DNA of 64,000 nucleotides from Escherichia coli (GTDB lineage Bacteria; Pseudomonadota; Gammaproteobacteria; Enterobacterales; Enterobacteriaceae): NCBI RefSeq assembly GCF_016903815.1, contig NZ_CP069973.1; one strand, 5' to 3'. Shown piece by piece: positions 58,521 to 64,000 of this stretch (position 1 is its first letter; each line of letters starts with the position of its first letter). The notes under the pieces were generated by a model. It saw only the letters and a program-made list of their open reading frames with translations, ran no database searches and was not told where the DNA came from. The position numbers and the translations under genes were made by a program.

Positions 58521-59204
58521 TTATCGTGCGGCGATTTTACTATGGATGTTATTCCCGTAATCATCAACTACCGTTAGTTCATATTCTGAGGCGTTGTTAT
58601 TTTTTAATGTAATGTCGTTATTCGAAAATGGAGGCAGTAGGATACTTTCATTATTAACTTTCACGTTTTGTGCTTTGATAGTTGTAACTGTTATCCAGTT
58701 GGCTGTTTCATTGTTTATTGAGATGGCGTTGTTTTTCTTTTTGATATTTAATTGAGAAAGGCTTTTTTTATCTACCGGAGCTATTCCGCTTGGACGCCAA
58801 AGTAACTTTATACGGTTTTGCAATGCAAGTTTAATTTTGTTCTTTCCTGCATTTTGTGGGTTGTTTGGAGGGATATCCAGAACATTTAGATAAAATAAAC
58901 TTTCTTTATTGTGAGGCAAATTGTTTGGCATTTTTCTTATTTTAAGTTGTTGGCCGGAACCACCTGCTACACGACTTACTGGCGGTGTGAGAATAAATGG
59001 GACCTGAATTTTTTCTGGCGCGATAGTGGTGTTCCCATCATCGATCCATGCCTGAATCAAAGAGGCATTTTTACTTTGATTCATTAACTGTACGAGAACT
59101 TCTCTGCTTTTTTCCGGATAAATAATGCGCGTACCATAGATGACCACACCGGCATGAACAGGTAAAATAAAAAATGACATCAGTAATGCTGTTATTATTC
59201 TCAC
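58521..59204 (-). CDS. fimbrial periplasmic chaperone (PapD/FimC family)
   Basis: 227 aa; signal peptide then GVVIYGTRIIYPE at the mature N-terminus, and proline-rich PFILTPPVSRV segment. Confidence 0.8.
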   Translation of the reverse strand: MRIITALLMSFFILPVHAGVVIYGTRIIYPEKSREVLVQLMNQSKNASLIQAWIDDGNTTIAPEKIQVPFILTPPVSRVAGGSGQQLKIRKMPNNLPHNKESLFYLNVLDIPPNNPQNAGKNKIKLALQNRIKLLWRPSGIAPVDKKSLSQLNIKKKNNAISINNETANWITVTTIKAQNVKVNNESILLPPFSNNDITLKNNNASEYELTVVDDYGNNIHSKIAAR

Positions 59205-59253
59205 GTAATCACTCCGTAAATAATACCGGTAGCAGAGCTACCGGCAAAAAACG

Positions 59254-59787
59254 TTAATCTGCACTGATTTTAATCGTTACGGTTGACTCTACGGAGCCTT
59301 TTGTAACAGGATTGCCACTTGTGCGGGCATATTGTGCACTTAAATTAAGAAAATATTGACCAGAGCCATTATCTTTCAGCGGTGTTTTTAACCCCGGTCT
59401 CATTCTGGTCAAAGTTCCATCATCGAGGAAAATGGCAAAGCCAATGTTCTCAGCAGTTCCTTTATTCAGCGTAAAGTTATTAGCATCAAACTCTGATGCT
59501 AGCACTTCGATACTTGGGGCTGTATTGCCGTCACACTGAATTTCTAAGTCATGAGAGGTTGAACCGGTTTTTAAAGTATAGATTTCATTATTGATAAGTT
59601 GATTCATTGCACTGGTTACAACATCTTCGACAACGATATCTGTTGTCGAATCACCATTAACAAAGTAACACGTTGTATCAACAACTTCTCCTCTAATGGT
59701 TAGCGTTCCTTGATCGACATCCTTGGCGAAGGTTGTTGCGCTAAACATCAACGTTGTCGCAACGAAGGGAATAATATACTTTTTCAT
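59254..59787 (-). CDS. fimbrial major subunit (type 1 / P-pilus family pilin)
   Basis: 177 aa; signal peptide, mature N-terminal GTLTIRGEVVDTTC with conserved Cys pair; first gene of the operon. Confidence 0.8.
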   Translation of the reverse strand: MKKYIIPFVATTLMFSATTFAKDVDQGTLTIRGEVVDTTCYFVNGDSTTDIVVEDVVTSAMNQLINNEIYTLKTGSTSHDLEIQCDGNTAPSIEVLASEFDANNFTLNKGTAENIGFAIFLDDGTLTRMRPGLKTPLKDNGSGQYFLNLSAQYARTSGNPVTKGSVESTVTIKISAD

Positions 59788-60087
59788 AAATCATCCTTAA
59801 TTAACTGGTATGGAAGGTCACTCGTTGTCAAACCCGATTATGTGATCAGGTTGTTATTATTTAGATTAATGTTTAAATTTTTTAATTTCTTGATGTGAAG
59901 TTGATGAAACTTTGAAAATTTAATATTCTTAATTATTCCCTTCTTTATAAGAAGAGCAAGGTGCCATCATTAGAGTGACAGAGTGGGATGTTTAAGATCA
60001 TGCTTCAGATTATTTTTTGTTTCTCTGCAGTGAATTAATAATCATCACAGATAATTTCATTCTGAAATTACTTCTTTTGGGAGTGTT

Positions 60088-61509
60088 TTAATCTTGATGA
60101 ACTATGTTTTTCATAAGGAACATACACTCGTTGATGCTTTTAAGGTATTTTCTCATTTCTGAGGATGTTTTGTCGTAATCGAGCATAAAATTATTAAGTT
60201 CTTTATACACATCATTATTTAGCTTTACATTGTCGCGGACTAAAGTTTGTATCAATGGTATCAAAATTTCGAAACGGGACGGTTTGTCATCAATACTTGC
60301 CAGGGTTTTGAATACTCCTGTGTATCTGTAACCTAAGTGCTTATTGACAAGTTGAGTGTTCCATCGACCAGGCATAATATCTTCACAGCACAAATTTTTT
60401 ATCCTGGTATTAGTGAACGATGTTCCAAATATGTTGCTTTTTTTAATGAAGAGGTTATTTATTTCTCCATTCGAAAAGATGGTGTTTGATAAGTCACTTT
60501 CAAAACATGATATATTGGATAATACACAACCAAAATAATACCCATATGAAAGATTGCTCTTTTCTATTGTTATATTTGATAGCAATAGTTTATTTATATT
60601 AATATTATGGGTAATCAAATACTGAATTTTTTGCTCGTTAAGTTCATACATCTCCAGTGATTTATTATAGGGTAATAAAAGTATAAATTCCTTTATATTA
60701 TCTCCGCAGTAAGAAAAGACAACGCCAAATTTATTGGTGACCATGTTTTCAGTTGAGCAGTAAGCTGATTTTTCTATTAACCGACTGGGCACGCTTTTAA
60801 ATAAAGATGATTTTTCACATAGTTGTGAATATGCCGCATTGCTAGTTTTAAAATTCCGCCATGTTATTTCCTGGTTATCATCTGTCGATGAGGCGGGGAT
60901 TTTCAAGCATTGTTCATTGTATAGCTCAGGATAAATATTTTTTTTAATTAGATTTTTGATTTCCTTATTAAAATAGCTTTTTTTCTTGTCTATTGCACTG
61001 TATTTAGCGTTTTGTGACTTCTCCTGATGATAAAAAAATGACTGGAGATGTTTGCAGGCGTCATAAAATATCTCAGGAATATATAGCTGCGGGTATATTT
61101 CCTGGTTGAAATTTGCTTTTAAAAACTTAATGAATTTTTCATAGCATTCTTGATATGTTTTAATTTCTTCAGAAAGACATTCGCTTGTTCTGTCATCAAA
61201 AACATCCAATCTAAGTAATGTGATTTCTTTGTGTTTAAAAAAAGAAAATTGAACTGTATGTTCTATGAGTTTACATCTATAAAAATGCGCATCTCTTAGA
61301 TGAGTGTATTGAAAAAAATGATGAAGGACTGGAGATGGTTTAGGCAAATCCTGGCTTCTAAAAAAGTCATCAAACAAAATTAAGAACTCTGTTTTATACT
61401 CGCAAAACACTTTTACTAACTCATTTTGTCTTGTTTTATTTATTATTACATCGTCTGCTATATTTGATTTATAAAGACAATGTGGCGAAGTTGAGATACC
61501 ATCTGTCAT
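60088..61509 (-). CDS. pentapeptide-repeat protein resembling EspX-family type III secretion effectors
   Basis: 473-aa low-GC ORF; pentapeptide-like run SNISCFESDLSNTIFSNGEINNLFIKKSNIFGTSFTNTRIKNL; location matches where I recall espX1 in O157:H7. Confidence 0.6.
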   Translation of the reverse strand: MTDGISTSPHCLYKSNIADDVIINKTRQNELVKVFCEYKTEFLILFDDFFRSQDLPKPSPVLHHFFQYTHLRDAHFYRCKLIEHTVQFSFFKHKEITLLRLDVFDDRTSECLSEEIKTYQECYEKFIKFLKANFNQEIYPQLYIPEIFYDACKHLQSFFYHQEKSQNAKYSAIDKKKSYFNKEIKNLIKKNIYPELYNEQCLKIPASSTDDNQEITWRNFKTSNAAYSQLCEKSSLFKSVPSRLIEKSAYCSTENMVTNKFGVVFSYCGDNIKEFILLLPYNKSLEMYELNEQKIQYLITHNININKLLLSNITIEKSNLSYGYYFGCVLSNISCFESDLSNTIFSNGEINNLFIKKSNIFGTSFTNTRIKNLCCEDIMPGRWNTQLVNKHLGYRYTGVFKTLASIDDKPSRFEILIPLIQTLVRDNVKLNNDVYKELNNFMLDYDKTSSEMRKYLKSINECMFLMKNIVHQD

Positions 61510-61941
61510 TATCAGTCCTTGAAGTTGATGAATTTTTATTAATTTAATTTATGAGTGAATGTGACTACTATCAAAAATCGCTCATTAATTTTAAGAAGTA
61601 CAATATAAATAGGTAGTTAACCTGTGTTGATTGCTGTCAATAATTTACAAGGTCTAATAAGGAGATATTTATGAATGGTTAAAGTGTATAGGAATTTAAT
61701 TCAAAAATAGAGTGGTCTTAAGTTTAATACCTCAATGTGTATCACAATCTCCACATTCTGTGTAGGGGGAGTCTGAAGATTGAGTAGATATTCTTATTCA
61801 GAATGTATCAACCGATGATTCTACGATTTTTAAGTCACGAAGAGTTCAGAGAGTGTAACTGCATGTCTGCAAGAACCAGCATCTTTTGACTATCTGGCAA
61901 CCGGCAGTGTGTTTTCTCACACATCACAAAGCAGCAGGTAT

Positions 61942-61968
61942 AAAAAAACCCGCTTGCGCGGGCTTTTT
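61942..61968 (-). terminator. rho-independent terminator of rpsT
   Basis: AAAAAAACCCGCTTGCGCGGGCTTTTT. Confidence 0.8.
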
Positions 61969-61992
61969 CACAAAGCTTCAGCAAATTGGCGA

Positions 61993-62277
<285 letters not shown>

Positions 62278-62358
62278 CTATATGGACAATTCAAAGGCCG
62301 AGGAATATGCCCTTTTAGCCTTCTTTTGTCAATGGATTTGTGCAAATAAGCGCCGTTA

Positions 62359-62577
62359 ATGTGCCGGCACTCGTTACGTAGTGATGGCGCAGGATTCTAC
62401 CAGCTTGCGGGGTGTGAATACAGCTTTTCCGCGATAAAAATTGCAGCAGGTGGTCAGTTTCTTCCCGTGATTTGCGCCATGGCAATGAAAAGCCACTTCT
62501 TTCTGATTTCGGTACTCAATCGCCGGTTAACCTTGACCGCTGTACAAGGTATACTCGGACGATTTTCACTGTTTTGA
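62359..62577 (+). CDS. yaaY: small ORF YaaY (72 aa), as annotated in K-12; function unknown
   Basis: ORF immediately upstream of ribF; no recognisable domain. Confidence 0.35.
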   Translation: MCRHSLRSDGAGFYQLAGCEYSFSAIKIAAGGQFLPVICAMAMKSHFFLISVLNRRLTLTAVQGILGRFSLF

Positions 62578-62584
62578 GCCAGAC

Positions 62585-63526
62585 ATGAAGCTGATACGCG
62601 GCATACATAATCTCAGCCAGGCCCCGCAAGAAGGGTGTGTGCTGACTATTGGTAATTTCGACGGCGTGCATCGCGGTCATCGCGCGCTGTTACAGGGCTT
62701 GCAGGAAGAAGGGCGCAAGCGCAACTTACCGGTGATGGTGATGCTTTTTGAACCTCAACCACTGGAACTGTTTGCTACCGATAAAGCCCCGGCACGGCTG
62801 ACCCGACTGCGGGAAAAACTGCGTTACCTTGCAGAGTGTGGCGTTGATTACGTGCTGTGCGTGCGTTTCGACAGGCGTTTCGCGGCGTTAACCGCGCAAA
62901 ATTTCATCAGTGATCTTCTGGTGAAGCATTTGCGCGTAAAATTTCTTGCTGTAGGGGATGATTTCCGCTTTGGCGCTGGTCGTGAAGGCGATTTCTTGTT
63001 ATTACAGAAAGCTGGCATGGAATACGGCTTCGATATCACCAGTACGCAAACTTTTTGCGAAGGTGGCGTGCGTATCAGCAGCACCGCCGTGCGTCAGGCT
63101 CTTGCGGATGACAATCTGGCTCTGGCAGAAAGTTTACTGGGGCACCCGTTTGCCATCTCCGGGCGTGTGGTCCACGGTGATGAATTAGGGCGCACTATAG
63201 GTTTCCCGACGGCGAATGTACCGCTACGCCGTCAGGTTTCCCCGGTGAAAGGGGTTTATGCGGTAGAAGTGCTGGGCCTCGGTGAAAAGCCGTTACCCGG
63301 CGTGGCAAACATCGGAACACGCCCAACGGTTGCCGGTATTCGCCAGCAGCTGGAAGTGCATTTGTTAGATGTTGCAATGGACCTTTACGGTCGCCATATA
63401 CAAGTAGTGCTGCGTAAAAAAATACGCAATGAGCAGCGATTTGCGTCGCTGGACGAACTGAAAGCGCAGATTGCGCGTGATGAATTAACCGCCCGCGAAT
63501 TTTTTGGGCTAACAAAACCGGCTTAA
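62585..63526 (+). CDS. ribF: bifunctional riboflavin kinase / FMN adenylyltransferase
   Basis: 313-aa ORF, MKLIRGIHNLSQAPQEGCVLTIGNFDGVHRGHRALL... Confidence 0.96.
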   Translation: MKLIRGIHNLSQAPQEGCVLTIGNFDGVHRGHRALLQGLQEEGRKRNLPVMVMLFEPQPLELFATDKAPARLTRLREKLRYLAECGVDYVLCVRFDRRFAALTAQNFISDLLVKHLRVKFLAVGDDFRFGAGREGDFLLLQKAGMEYGFDITSTQTFCEGGVRISSTAVRQALADDNLALAESLLGHPFAISGRVVHGDELGRTIGFPTANVPLRRQVSPVKGVYAVEVLGLGEKPLPGVANIGTRPTVAGIRQQLEVHLLDVAMDLYGRHIQVVLRKKIRNEQRFASLDELKAQIARDELTAREFFGLTKPA

Positions 63527-63568
63527 GCCTGTTATGTAATCAAACCGAAACACGGAACCGAGAATCTG

Positions 63569-64000
63569 ATGAGTGACTATAAATCAACCCTGAATTTGCC
63601 GGAAACAGGGTTCCCGATGCGTGGCGATCTCGCCAAGCGCGAACCGGGAATGCTGGCGCGTTGGACTGATGATGATCTGTACGGCATCATTCGTGCGGCT
63701 AAAAAAGGCAAAAAAACCTTCATTCTGCATGATGGCCCTCCTTATGCGAATGGCAGCATTCATATTGGTCACTCGGTTAACAAGATTCTGAAAGACATTA
63801 TCGTGAAGTCCAAAGGGCTTTCCGGTTATGACTCGCCGTATGTGCCTGGCTGGGACTGCCACGGTCTGCCGATCGAGCTGAAAGTAGAGCAAGAATACGG
63901 TAAGCCGGGTGAGAAATTTACCGCCGCCGAGTTCCGCGCCAAGTGCCGCGAATACGCGGCGACCCAGGTTGACGGTCAGCGCAAAGACTTTATCCGTCTG
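63569..64000 (+). CDS. ileS: isoleucyl-tRNA synthetase, 5' part only (runs off the window)
   Basis: ATG 63569, [32 protein letters not shown]...; HIGH-region motif [12 protein letters not shown]; open to the window end. Confidence 0.95.

Overview
This window is a 64-kb stretch of Escherichia coli chromosome spanning the K-12 origin of numbering, with the conserved order prfC-osmY-ytjA-yjjUV-yjjWI-deoCABD-lplA-ytjB-serB-radA-nadR-ettA-slt-trpR-yjjX-gpmB-rob-creABCD-arcA-yjjY-yjtD-thrLABC-yaaX-yaaA-yaaJ-talB-mog-satP-yaaW-yaaI-dnaKJ-hokC-nhaAR-rpsT-yaaY-ribF-ileS(5' part). Gene identities come from reading the translated ORFs against remembered E. coli proteins; no database search was run. The strain is not K-12, and the accessory content is: (1) a roughly 5.7-kb insertion between nadR and ettA carrying degraded gene fragments, a LysR-type regulator divergent from an aldo-keto reductase / SDR / SRPBCC / DUF1471 operon, and an intact IS3-family element (IS1397-like) inserted in a REP palindrome with a 4-bp duplication; (2) an IS200-like element between creD and arcA; (3) the yjjJ slot between deoD and lplA holds only an 87-codon HTH ORF; (4) an AT-rich four-gene chaperone-usher fimbrial operon plus a 473-aa pentapeptide-repeat protein resembling EspX-family type III effectors between nhaR and rpsT, where K-12 has IS1; (5) no IS186 between dnaJ and hokC. 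I found no CRISPR array, tRNA or rRNA, and no convincing entirely new system. The best candidates for follow-up are the nadR-ettA redox island and the fimbrial / EspX-like island; both are probably already present in sequenced pathogenic E. coli.
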